From assembly GCA_963767005.1 (NCBI GenBank), contig CAVYCN010000007.1, positions 1 through 64,000 on the forward strand: a stretch of DNA of 64,000 nucleotides. Reading direction: 5' to 3'. A model generated the notes under the pieces. It did not search any database. It saw only the letters and a list, made by a program, of their open reading frames with translations, and was not told where the DNA came from. Below, one piece after another: positions 55,085 to 64,000 of this stretch. The stretch is from an uncultured Actinomycetes bacterium. Lineage in GTDB: Bacteria > Actinomycetota > Thermoleophilia > UBA2241. How positions within the stretch are numbered: the first letter of the stretch is position 1; the number at the start of each line of letters is the position of its first letter. The position numbers were made by a program, and so were the translations under genes.

Positions 55085-55576
55085 TCAGCGCCGCTCGCCC
55101 TCGATCTTGTCGAGGACGCGCGTGAGGGCGGCGCCGCGGTCGACCGACTCGGATCGCTCACGACGGTGCTCCCGGCGCCGTGCCGGGATGAGCTCGGTGG
55201 CGAGCCTGTCGGGCAGTGACATGACCGTGGCAAGGATGCCGGCGGCCGTGATCACCCACGCCAGGCAAGCCCACAGCGCGGCCCCCGTGAGCAGGATGAA
55301 CCAAAGGTCGCGGCTCAGCCAGGCGGCGAGGGCAAGGATGCCAAGGGCGACGACCGCCACGCGCCCCGTGGCGCCTGCCTGAGGTCCGGCCAGCCGCCGG
55401 CCAGGCGGCGCGACGACAAGCGCCACGAGCCCGGCGTACGCGACGACGAGCAGGACGGCGGTGAAGGGGCTGTGAGCCCAGCTCTGGAAGGTGCGAAGCT
55501 GCTCGCGGTAGGGGTCGTCGGCGAGCCGCGGCGGGCCCAGCACGGCAAGGAGCTTGACGGCCACGCTTGCGACCAT
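55085..55576 (-). CDS. Hypothetical membrane protein
   Basis: GGAGGTG RBS; 3-4 hydrophobic helices. Confidence 0.6.
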   Translation of the reverse strand: MVASVAVKLLAVLGPPRLADDPYREQLRTFQSWAHSPFTAVLLVVAYAGLVALVVAPPGRRLAGPQAGATGRVAVVALGILALAAWLSRDLWFILLTGAALWACLAWVITAAGILATVMSLPDRLATELIPARRREHRRERSESVDRGAALTRVLDKIEGERR

Positions 55577-55657
55577 GACCCACCTCCGGCGTCGTCACGT
55601 GTACGACCGCACGAACAGCATCATACGCTCAGGCACGGGGGATGTGAATCGCCCGCG

Positions 55658-55705
55658 TTGACCGTCTGCCCGGCTTGACCAACGTCAAGCCGGGCAGACG
55701 GTTAA
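55658..55705. repeat. 22-bp inverted repeat with 4-nt loop
   Basis: TTGACCGTCTGCCCGGCTTGAC-CAAC-GTCAAGCCGGGCAGACGGTTAA (one mismatch). Confidence 0.9.
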
Positions 55706-55789
55706 AACACTACCTCCATGGTGATAAATGCATTGTTTCACCATTTTGGGCGGACCTGACGGGCCCGCCACACCAAGGAGGGGACGTTC

Positions 55790-56374
55790 ATGAACCGCAG
55801 GGTGATCGACTACCTCGTGAGTTCGGCCGGTCTGATCGTCGCGATCGTCTTGCTCGCCGTCGGCGGCCTGATGATCTGGGGTCAGGTCTTCGTCAACCAC
55901 CAGGTCCGCGACCAGCTCACCTCGCAGAAGATATTCTTCCCGCCGAAGGGCAGCCCGGCGATCGCCGGCCCCCAGTTCGCGGCGATGCGGAAGTACGCGG
56001 GCCAGCAGCTCACCACCGGCGCCCAGGCGCAGACGTACGCCAACCACTTCATCGCCGTGCACCTGAGTGAGGTGGCCGGCGGCAAGACGTACGCCCAGGT
56101 GAGCTCCGCGGCCCTGGCCGACCCGACCAACACGACGCTCAAGACCCAGGAGGCGACCCTGTTCCAGGGCACCACGCTGCGCGGCTTGCTGCTCAACGCC
56201 TACGCGTTCGGCACCGTGGCGCGGATCGTCGGTATCGCCGCGATCGTGAGCTTCGTGGGCGGCGGCATCCTGCTGGTCCTGTCGATCCTCGGCTTCGCGC
56301 ACGGCCGGCGGGTCGCCACGCAGACGGCCACGGCGACCGAGACCGCCCGCGCGACCGAGTCGCGAGCCGCCTGA
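55790..56374 (+). CDS. Two-TM membrane protein with extracellular loop
   Basis: AAGGAGG RBS; TM-QKIFFP..YAGQQLTTG..HFIAVHL..FQGTTLRGLLL.AY-TM. Confidence 0.85.
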   Translation: MNRRVIDYLVSSAGLIVAIVLLAVGGLMIWGQVFVNHQVRDQLTSQKIFFPPKGSPAIAGPQFAAMRKYAGQQLTTGAQAQTYANHFIAVHLSEVAGGKTYAQVSSAALADPTNTTLKTQEATLFQGTTLRGLLLNAYAFGTVARIVGIAAIVSFVGGGILLVLSILGFAHGRRVATQTATATETARATESRAA

Positions 56375-56640
56375 CGAGCGTGGTCGACCCCGTCGTCTGA
56401 CTCCGAAGCGAGGCGGGCGGCGCGTACGCGCCGCCCGCCTCTGTAGTGTCCGCGCCCGCCTCCATCCTGCCGGCCGCCGCATGCCCGCATCGCCACCGCT
56501 CGACGGCCGCTCCCCCGCCTTCCCGCCGGCCCTTCGCCTGCGCCGATCGTCGACCGTCGCCCGGCTTGCTCGGGCGCCGGCTTGGGAGCAGACTTGGGAT
56601 GCGACGTGTCCGCGGTGCGACGTGCGATGGGAGGAGGGCC

Positions 56641-57273
56641 GTGGGTAGCCGTCATCCGGCCCGACACAAGTCCGACGCTGCGCTGCACCTCGTGCCGACT
56701 GCGGGCATCAAGCCGGACGAGGGCGACCACCGGCCGGCCGCATCCTCGTTCCGGCGCTATCCGCTGTGGCGCGTGGTCGGCCTCGACGCTCTGACGGCCG
56801 GCCATTTCGCGCTGGGCTGCGCCGCCATCCTCGTGGCCTGGCGCGCGCAACCGATCGTCGCCTGGCCGGTCGGGCTCGCCTACCTCGTCTTTGCCACCGT
56901 CCAGTCGTTCGCGCTCGCGCCGCTGGTCGTGTGCCCGGGCTGCGTCTACCGTGCGGTGGCCGGCGCGCGCTGCCCGAGCGGGCTGAATCTGCTGTCGGCG
57001 CGCCTGTGCCCGCCGGCGAGCGACACTGCCGAGTTCCGCCGGCGCACCTGCGGGCCGCTCTGTCAGACCAGCCTGTCGCTTGTCTCGTGGACCTTCCCGC
57101 TGGCGATGACGCTGGCCGGCTGCGTCGTCCACCTCTCGTGGCCGGCCGTCGTGCTCGTCGCGGCTCTCGCCGCGTCGCTGGCGCTGCGCGTGCTCGTCGG
57201 ACGAGCCGCCGTCTGTCCCCACTGCCTGTCGCGGCGCTGGTGCCCCGTGGCCCGCGCGCTGCGCGCCGCCTAG
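56641..57273 (+). CDS. Cys-rich four-TM membrane protein
   Basis: GGGAGGA RBS; VCPGCVY...CP and VCPHC....CP between TM helices. Confidence 0.7.
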   Translation: MGSRHPARHKSDAALHLVPTAGIKPDEGDHRPAASSFRRYPLWRVVGLDALTAGHFALGCAAILVAWRAQPIVAWPVGLAYLVFATVQSFALAPLVVCPGCVYRAVAGARCPSGLNLLSARLCPPASDTAEFRRRTCGPLCQTSLSLVSWTFPLAMTLAGCVVHLSWPAVVLVAALAASLALRVLVGRAAVCPHCLSRRWCPVARALRAA

Positions 57274-57290
57274 ACCGTCCGGGGCCCATC

Positions 57291-58016
57291 CTGCCTCGCC
57301 CTCCCGACCTGCCCGCCGGCGACTTCTCGGCCTGGCTCGACGCCATGCGCGCCGCGCTCCGGCAGGGGCGCGACGCCGACGTGCCCTGCGGTGACTGCTG
57401 CGCCTGCTGCTCCACCGCCCACTTCGTCCACATCGGTCCGGACGAGACCGACACGCTCGCTCACGTGCCGGCCGCGCTCCTCTTCCCCGCGCCGGGCCAT
57501 CCGGCCGGCACCGTGCTCATGGGCTACGACGAGCGCGGCCACTGTCCGATGCTCCGGGACTGTCTGTGCTCGATCTACGAGCACCGGCCGCTGACCTGCC
57601 GCGTCTACGACTGCCGCGCGTTCGCCGCCGCCGGCATCGACGCCGATCGCGATGGGATCACCCGCCGCGCGCGCCGCTGGACCTTCCGATACCCGACCCG
57701 GCGCGATCGCGACGAGCGCGAGGCCGTGCGCGCCGTCGCCCGCTTCGTGCGCGAGCACGCCGCGCTGCTGCCGCCCGGCGCCGTGCCACGCGACCCACCG
57801 CACCTTGCCGTGCTCGCGGTGACGGTCGCCGATGCGTTCCTGCCGGCGGTGAGCCCGACCGGCGACGGCTGCGTGGGCCCAAGCACCGACGATCCTCCCG
57901 CACGCCGGGGCGCGGGCGAGCTCTCCAACGAGCAGCTCGCCCAGCTCGTGCTCGTGGCCGCGCGCCGGCTCATGCTCAGGGCGACGAGGGCGACGCCGCC
58001 CGCAGCCGGCGGCTAG
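57291..58016 (+). CDS. YkgJ-like cysteine-cluster protein (start uncertain)
   Basis: CGDCCACC, CPML..CSIYEHRP.TCR.YDC; first ATG at 57345. Confidence 0.8.
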   Translation: MPRPPDLPAGDFSAWLDAMRAALRQGRDADVPCGDCCACCSTAHFVHIGPDETDTLAHVPAALLFPAPGHPAGTVLMGYDERGHCPMLRDCLCSIYEHRPLTCRVYDCRAFAAAGIDADRDGITRRARRWTFRYPTRRDRDEREAVRAVARFVREHAALLPPGAVPRDPPHLAVLAVTVADAFLPAVSPTGDGCVGPSTDDPPARRGAGELSNEQLAQLVLVAARRLMLRATRATPPAAGG

Positions 58017-58121
58017 GGGCGACCGCGGGCGGCGGCGGGCTGGGAAGGCCTCAGTCGCCGCCGTCCATCGTCGGCCAGTCGCGGATGGCCGCCGAGGCAT
58101 CCGCGCTTTCGCGTCGCCGGC

Positions 58122-58772
58122 TCAACCCCGCCAGGCCGGCGGGTCGATCCCCGGGGGCGGGGTCGGCGCCGTCGGCGGGCTCGGGGCACCCACGCCGGGC
58201 GACGGTGACGTCTCGCCCCCGGAAGGCTGTCCCCCGCGATCATCGGTCGGCGACGAAGCGGGCGCCGCGTCCGTCTCCGTGGCACGTTCGTCGGGCGGCA
58301 CCACGCCCGTCTTCTCCGTGCCCGGCTGCTCTTCGTCCTCGTCCCATTCCTCGAAGTCGCTCTCGAGCAGGTCGCTCTCGGGTTCGTCGGCTGAGGCTTC
58401 GAGCTCGGCGAGCAGCGCCAAGGCGTCGGCGGCGTCCTCGCGATCGACCCGTACGGCGCCTCCGCCACCAAAGACCGCCCAGCTATCGGCGAACGGGATC
58501 CCCGCGCTCGTCAGGACGGACTTGACCAGCGCCACCATGCCGGAATCGCCCGACCGGAACACGGTGACGAGCTCGACGGGGCGAGAGGCGGAGGGGTCGC
58601 GGGAGCCTGCCGCTGGGTCTCCGGGAGCAGAGCCGGACAGCCGGTTCACCGCGGCCTTGCCGCGTGGCGACTCCGCGGGCAGCTCATCGACCAGCTCGAC
58701 CCCGCACTCGTCGCAGACGGTGAAGCCGGGAATGAACTCCGCGTGGCAGACGGGACAGAACAACGTCCTCAC
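58122..58772 (-). CDS. Zinc-ribbon + DUF2007-like protein with acidic tail
   Basis: FCPVCHAEFIPGFTVCDECGVELV; LVKSVL.SAGIP...VRV..EDA..A..LL. Confidence 0.75.
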   Translation of the reverse strand: MRTLFCPVCHAEFIPGFTVCDECGVELVDELPAESPRGKAAVNRLSGSAPGDPAAGSRDPSASRPVELVTVFRSGDSGMVALVKSVLTSAGIPFADSWAVFGGGGAVRVDREDAADALALLAELEASADEPESDLLESDFEEWDEDEEQPGTEKTGVVPPDERATETDAAPASSPTDDRGGQPSGGETSPSPGVGAPSPPTAPTPPPGIDPPAWRG

Positions 58773-58928
58773 CTCCTCGATCTCGACTGCCGACAGTGTA
58801 CGCTCCGGCGCGACGGCGACGCGCGCGCGCGCACCGCCGGGCCGCTCCGACCTCGTTGCCTCGCGCCGGCTGTACTACAATCGCGACGGGCGGCGCCGCA
58901 GGCGACCGACCGTCGCACGGAGGCGGCG

Positions 58929-59753
58929 ATGCTCGACGAGTTCGTCAAGGCCAACCTCGGGCTCTGGAACGAGTGGACGAAGGTCCACGAGACCTCGGCG
59001 TTCTACGACCTCGAGGGCTTCAAGGGCGGCAAGTCGTCGCTGCACTCGATCGAGCTCGAGGAGCTCGGCGACGTGGCCGGCAAGCGCCTGCTTCACCTGC
59101 AGTGCCATTTCGGCCTCGACACGCTGTCGTGGGCCCGCCGCGGCGCCGTCGTCACCGGCGTCGACTTCTCGGAGCGCGCCATCGAGCTCGCCCGCTCGCT
59201 CGCGGCCGAGCTCGACCTGCCGGCCACCTTCGTGCAGTCGACGGTCGACGACCTGACCGACAACCTGCGCGGCGAGTTCGACGTCGTCTTTACCTCGTAC
59301 GGCGCCATCGAGTGGCTCGCCGACCTCGACCACTGGGCGCGCACCATCGTCCACTTCCTGGCGCCCGGCGCCACCTTCTACATGGTCGAGCTGCACCCGC
59401 TGGCCCGCGCGCTCGACGACCTGGACGAGCACCCCGAGCTGCGCATCGCCGGCCCTTACTTCCCATCCAGAAAGCCGCAACGGTTCCGCATCCGCGGCTC
59501 GTACGCCGAACCCGACGCGCCGGTCGAGCGCGTCGCCTACGGCTGGACCCACAGCTTCGCCGAGATCCTGAACGCCCTGATCGGCGCCGGCCTGCGGCTC
59601 GAGTACCTGCACGAGTTCCCCTGCTCGGTCGTGCCCTTCAGCCGCTCCATGAAGCGCGCCGCCGACGGCTGGTACTACCTCCCGGACGGCCGCCGCGACG
59701 TGCCGTTCCTCTTCTCGCTCAGGGCTACGCGGCCGGCGGCCGGCGAACCTTGA
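58929..59753 (+). CDS. Class I SAM-dependent methyltransferase (paralog A)
   Basis: N..LW.EW..VH..S.FYD, LLHLQCHFG.DT, GVDFS, FDVVFTSYG; GGAGG RBS. Confidence 0.9.
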   Translation: MLDEFVKANLGLWNEWTKVHETSAFYDLEGFKGGKSSLHSIELEELGDVAGKRLLHLQCHFGLDTLSWARRGAVVTGVDFSERAIELARSLAAELDLPATFVQSTVDDLTDNLRGEFDVVFTSYGAIEWLADLDHWARTIVHFLAPGATFYMVELHPLARALDDLDEHPELRIAGPYFPSRKPQRFRIRGSYAEPDAPVERVAYGWTHSFAEILNALIGAGLRLEYLHEFPCSVVPFSRSMKRAADGWYYLPDGRRDVPFLFSLRATRPAAGEP

Positions 59754-60646
59754 CCGTGGACGACCGCACAGGACCGGCCGGCGCGTCCGCACAGGCCGCG
59801 GGCCGCGCATCTGCAGAGCCGGCCACAGCCGCGCAGACCGCCGCCAACCGCGCCCTCTGGGACGAGCTCACGGCGATCCACGAGCAGTCGGCCTTCTACG
59901 ACGTCGAGGGTTTCCTGACGGGCAAGTCGAGCCTGGGCGCGATCGAGCTCGAGGAGCTCGGCGACGTGGCCGGCAAGCGCCTGCTCCACCTCCAGTGCCA
60001 CTTCGGCCTCGACACGCTGTCGTGGGCGCGCCGCGGCGCCGTCGTCACCGGTGTCGACTTCTCGGGACAGGCGATCGCGCTCGCCCGCCGACTGGCCGCG
60101 CAGAGCGACCTTCGCGCGACCTTCATCGAGTCCGACGTGTACGAGTTGCCGCGGGTGCTGCACGAGCGCTTCGACGTCGTGTTCACCTCGTGGGGCGTGC
60201 TCTGCTGGTTGCCGGACCTCGCCGGCTGGGCCCGGCTGATCGCCGACTCGCTCGTGCCGGGCGGTGTCTTTTACCTGCTCGACTTCCACCCGTTCCTGTT
60301 CGCCCTGAGCGACGAGAGCGAGCAGCCCGTGCTGGGCGCCGACTTCTACTTCCACGGCGCCGAGCCGCACGCGTGGGAGAACGAAGGCAGCGGCAGCTAC
60401 GCCGATCGCCAGGCGACCGTAACGGCGCCGATCCAGTACGAGTGGGACCACCCGCTCGGCGAGATCGTCACGGTGCTGCTCGACGTCGGCCTCGCGATCG
60501 AGTCGCTCCACGAGTTCGCCAGTCTCCCGATGGCCGGCCTCGACTGGCCCTGCATCGCCGCGCACCCCGACGGCTCGTTCGGCCTGCGCGGTCTGCAGCA
60601 CGAGTTTCCCATGGCCTTCTCGTTGAAGGCCCGGCGCGGCCGCTGA
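59750..60646 (+). CDS. Class I SAM-dependent methyltransferase (paralog B)
   Basis: Same motifs as paralog A; TTGA overlap. Confidence 0.9.
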   Translation: MTVDDRTGPAGASAQAAGRASAEPATAAQTAANRALWDELTAIHEQSAFYDVEGFLTGKSSLGAIELEELGDVAGKRLLHLQCHFGLDTLSWARRGAVVTGVDFSGQAIALARRLAAQSDLRATFIESDVYELPRVLHERFDVVFTSWGVLCWLPDLAGWARLIADSLVPGGVFYLLDFHPFLFALSDESEQPVLGADFYFHGAEPHAWENEGSGSYADRQATVTAPIQYEWDHPLGEIVTVLLDVGLAIESLHEFASLPMAGLDWPCIAAHPDGSFGLRGLQHEFPMAFSLKARRGR

Positions 60647-60772
60647 CGAATCCAACAGCCACGGCCCTTCCCGGGACGGGCAAGGGTCCTGTTCTGTTCG
60701 TGCGTGCCATCTCGCGGCACGCGGGGGCTGTGGGTGGCGCGTCGCCCGGACCACGAGCGCAGGAGGCACAGG

Positions 60773-63049
60773 ATGCACAGACACACCCGACTCGGCGGCT
60801 TTCGCACACCGCTGATCCTCTTGCTGATGCTGGCGGCGCTGGGCGCCTGGCTGCTCGCCGCCGCCGGTCCGGCGGCGGCAGTCGGGCCGACCGATCCGAC
60901 CATGTCGCTGACCGACCTGCAGACGGCGATCACGGGCGCCGGCTCCGGCGGCCTCGACGGCTACTTCAAGACCGTCCTGCAGGGCACCACCATCTCGACC
61001 GTCTCGGTGAAGATCCTGGCCGTCGCCGACGGGCAGAACGCGACCGACGGTTCGACCATGATCCTCTTCCAGATCACCGACTCGACCGTGCTCGCCGAGG
61101 GTGGCGTGGCCGAGGGCATGAGCGGCAGCCCGCTGTTCGTCGGCGTGGCCGGTAGCCCGGAGCCGACCGACCCGATGGTCGGCGCCGTGTCGCAGGGCGA
61201 CATCTTCACCGAGCAGGGCCTCGGTCTGGCGACGCCGATCGACTCCATGATCTCGATCGAGCAGGACTACCAGGTCACCGTGCCGGTCGGCGTGCGGGCG
61301 AGGGCCGCAAGCGCCCTCGGTCTGCCCACCGCGCTCGAGGCCGCCGGCCCCGTGCTGGCCAAGACCCGCACCGCGGTGACACACCACGCCGTGAAGACGA
61401 GCGCCGGCCCCCTGCACAGCTTCGTCATGGCGCGCAGCGTGGCGGTCGCCCGCAAGCTGCATCCCAAGGCGGGCACGGCCGTGTTCGTGCCGCTCAGCAC
61501 CCTCGAGGTCGGCGGCCTGCCGGCCAGCAGCCCGGCGTTCAAGCGCATCGCGGCGGCCTTCGCCAAGCGCGGCGTCGACGTGCACGCCGCCGGCGTCGGC
61601 CAGGGCGACGACCCCGACTTCACGACGCCGCTCGTCGAGGGCGCCTCCGTTGCGGCCGTCTACTCGAGCGGCGCCGTGTGGGACGCCTTCATCGGCACCG
61701 TCACCTACGTCGACGGCGACGTCGTGCTGGCCTTCGGCCATCCCGCCGACTACGACGGTCCAGTGGCGCTCGACATGGCCAACGCCGATGTCTCGGGCAT
61801 CTGGTCCGACTCCTACATCGCCTACAAGCTTGCTTCTCTCGGCGCCATCCGGGGCGTCATCACACAGGACCGCGCCTATGGCATCGCCGGCCAGATCGGC
61901 GCGACCAACAGCGAGGTGCCGGTCGACGCCTCGGCGGCGATCGGCACGGACACGCCGACCGAGTTCGATACGAACGTGCCGCAGTGGGTCGCCGACAACC
62001 CCGGCTACGGCGACATGATCGTCTCGGCGGCCTGCTACTGGGCCGTCTACAAGGTGACCGACGCCCTCACGTATCCGGGTCACGCCACGATGGACACCAC
62101 GATGGTGGTGAACGACCTGAGCAACGCGGGCGCCGCCCTGCCGCCGATCACGCTCGACAACGTCTACGACGACAGCTACGACGTCGGCGGGTACGCGGGC
62201 ATGGATGCCGCCGACATGCTCGACACGCTGCTCTCGAACCCCGACGGGGTCGCCCCGGCGTCGGTCAAGTCGGTGAACTTCAGCGCCGACCTCACGCCGA
62301 CGCACGCCAGCATGCAGATCCTCGATTTCTCGGTGCCCGGCGGGTTCAAGCACGGCGCCAACACCGTCCACGTGATCACACGTGCCTACGGTGAGACCGC
62401 CACGCGCGAGGAGGACCTGACGCTGAACGTCCCGGCCGCGGTCGAGACGAGCGGCACGGTCACGGTCTACGACTCGAACGGCATGGGCGGCGGCGACGAC
62501 TACGACGAATCGTCGCCGCTCGCCACGCCGCAACTGGGCTCCAACGTGACCCCGGCCACGACGCTGAGCGACCTCGTCAGCCAGGTCGAAGGCACGCTGC
62601 TGAACGACTCGGTCAACGTCACCCTGGTGGCCGACGTGCCCAACGAGTTCGTCGTGCCGGTCGTCAACGGCGTGCCCGCGAACTACATCACGGCGAGCAA
62701 GGCGGTCACCGACGGCGGCACGACCTGGTACTTGCAGGGCAACCTCACCAAGGAAACGTCCTCGATGCACCTGTACGCGAGCCCGACCGCGACCAAGCGC
62801 GGTCGCACTGTCACGCTGCTGGGCGTCTTCGACGCCGAGGACGCCAACGGCACGACCGTGACGATCTACCGCGGCACGAGCACCACGCCGTACGCCACCG
62901 CGCACGTCGTCGTGACGCCCGACGGCATGGCCCAGTTCGTCGTACGGGCCAAGGTCCTGTCCAAGAACACCAAGTTCACGGCGGTGTGGGGTGGCTCCGA
63001 TGAGTACATCGGCGCCACCGCCTCGCGCACCGTCAAGGTGCACAAGTAA
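60773..63049 (+). CDS. Secreted SpoIVB/peptidase S55-like protein with C-terminal beta-sandwich domains
   Basis: Signal peptide; GYFKTV.QG, GGVAEGMSGSP, GAVS, TPI..M, GTVT...VLAFGHP, QDR..GI.G. Confidence 0.85.
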   Translation: MHRHTRLGGFRTPLILLLMLAALGAWLLAAAGPAAAVGPTDPTMSLTDLQTAITGAGSGGLDGYFKTVLQGTTISTVSVKILAVADGQNATDGSTMILFQITDSTVLAEGGVAEGMSGSPLFVGVAGSPEPTDPMVGAVSQGDIFTEQGLGLATPIDSMISIEQDYQVTVPVGVRARAASALGLPTALEAAGPVLAKTRTAVTHHAVKTSAGPLHSFVMARSVAVARKLHPKAGTAVFVPLSTLEVGGLPASSPAFKRIAAAFAKRGVDVHAAGVGQGDDPDFTTPLVEGASVAAVYSSGAVWDAFIGTVTYVDGDVVLAFGHPADYDGPVALDMANADVSGIWSDSYIAYKLASLGAIRGVITQDRAYGIAGQIGATNSEVPVDASAAIGTDTPTEFDTNVPQWVADNPGYGDMIVSAACYWAVYKVTDALTYPGHATMDTTMVVNDLSNAGAALPPITLDNVYDDSYDVGGYAGMDAADMLDTLLSNPDGVAPASVKSVNFSADLTPTHASMQILDFSVPGGFKHGANTVHVITRAYGETATREEDLTLNVPAAVETSGTVTVYDSNGMGGGDDYDESSPLATPQLGSNVTPATTLSDLVSQVEGTLLNDSVNVTLVADVPNEFVVPVVNGVPANYITASKAVTDGGTTWYLQGNLTKETSSMHLYASPTATKRGRTVTLLGVFDAEDANGTTVTIYRGTSTTPYATAHVVVTPDGMAQFVVRAKVLSKNTKFTAVWGGSDEYIGATASRTVKVHK

Positions 63050-63120
63050 CAGGCGAGGGCCGGCCGGGCGCGCGCGCCCGGCCGGCCGCGGGGACGGCGC
63101 GGCGGGGTCGCGAGAGCGAC

Positions 63121-63180
63121 CCCGCCGCGCCGTCGTTTCGTCTGGTCCCGCCGCGCCGTCGTTTCGTCTGGTCCCGCCGC
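63121..63180 (+). repeat. 26-bp tandem repeat (about 2.3 copies)
   Basis: CCCGCCGCGCCGTCGTTTCGTCTGGT twice plus CCCGCCGC. Confidence 0.85.
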
Positions 63181-63217
63181 ATCGTGTGAGAATGATGCTC
63201 CGGGGTACACTAAACGC

Positions 63218-63378
63218 GGACGCCGGGGCACGAGGTGTCTCTGCGTCCCAGATGCTGGACTGCACGGGGTGGCAGAGTGTCCAGGTCCCCGGCAAAGGGG
63301 AAGCCGGCGCGCGAGCGCCGGCGCCACCAGCACCCCAAGAAGGCGGCGCCTTACCCTCCGGGCGCCGCCTTCGCTTGT
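63218..63378 (+). ncRNA. Candidate stand-alone small RNA (about 160 nt)
   Basis: TACACT -10 at 63206-63211, consecutive hairpins, terminal GAAGGCGGCGCC/GGCGCCGCCTTC stem; between convergent genes. Confidence 0.5.
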
Positions 63379-63435
63379 GGTCCCGGCGCAAGGGCACAGG
63401 CGGGCGGCTACGCCCGCGCGGTGGTGTGCCGCCGG

Positions 63436-64000
63436 CTACGCGGGCGGCGCGGCGGCAAGGCGCTCGAAGAACGCACCGAGCTCGTCACGCGCCACCACCA
63501 GGTCGGCTTCGGCGCGGACGCTGTCGGCGGCCTCGGCCATGACCACACCCAGGCCGGCCCAGCGCACCATATCGACGTCGTTCCAGCCGTCGCCGCAGGC
63601 GACCGTGCGCTCGCGGCGCGCCGGCAGGCGCCGGCAGAGGTCGGCCAGCGCGCCGCTCTTGGTCGCGTGCGGGTCGCTGATCTCGATGAACTGCGGCAGC
63701 GAGCGCGTGACGTAGAGGTCGCCGTCGAAGCGCGCCTGGAGCTCGGGCAGCAGCCTGGTCACGTCGTCGGCCGGCGTCGTGATCACGATCTTGGTGGGCG
63801 GCGTCGCGACGACCGCGAGCAGATCGGGGACCACATTCACGGGCACGTCGGCGTACTCGGCATAGCCGCGCGCCCAGTCGTCGTCCTGCTCGACGTACAG
63901 CTCGTCGTTCACGTAGACGTTGAGGTGGCGCCCCAGCTCGCGCACGGCCAGCACGACCTCGGCGGCCCGGTCCGAGGGCAACGGCAGGTGCCGCTGCCAC
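63436..64000 (-). CDS. Cof-type HAD hydrolase, 5' end outside window
   Basis: PTKIV, RS.P.FIEI, ATKSGAL, CGDGWNDVDM..WAGLGVVM. Confidence 0.9.
   Translation of the reverse strand, partial: WQRHLPLPSDRAAEVVLAVRELGRHLNVYVNDELYVEQDDDWARGYAEYADVPVNVVPDLLAVVATPPTKIVITTPADDVTRLLPELQARFDGDLYVTRSLPQFIEISDPHATKSGALADLCRRLPARRERTVACGDGWNDVDMVRWAGLGVVMAEAADSVRAEADLVVARDELGAFFERLAAAPPA

Noticed and set aside
63218-63335. tRNA-Sec, SRP RNA or known self-cleaving ribozyme
   Set aside because: No TTCGA T-loop or UCA anticodon arm, no SRP GGAA/AGCAG loop, no hammerhead core.

Overview
Very high-GC (roughly 70-75% by eye) chromosomal window. Gene content and style suggest an anaerobic Actinomycetota such as Thermoleophilia (inference). 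Main blocks: (1) a minus-strand operon with a FAD-linked oxidoreductase/4x[4Fe-4S] fusion and a >1135-aa glutamate-synthase-like protein that runs off the window and is missing from the ORF track; (2) a 930-bp non-autonomous element with terminal inverted repeats, a 13-bp direct repeat and two cargo ORFs; (3) surface and membrane genes, several preceded by a FliA/WhiG-like promoter; (4) a polyphosphate cluster (ppk1, sixA, CYTH-HTH-CHAD, ppx, ppk2); (5) an hdrA(L)-mvhD-metV-metF-hdrC-hdrB methylene-THF reductase operon; (6) a GT39-ABC-SPFH-RHH operon; (7) clc-marR / pilin / marR, then a cobalamin riboswitch controlling an APC permease; (8) tandem methyltransferases, a SpoIVB-like peptidase, a candidate stand-alone sRNA and a partial Cof/HAD gene. 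A dispersed ~58-60-bp repeat family occurs at three loci. No rRNA, tRNA, CRISPR array or transposase was seen. All product calls come from motif recognition by eye; no database searches were run.
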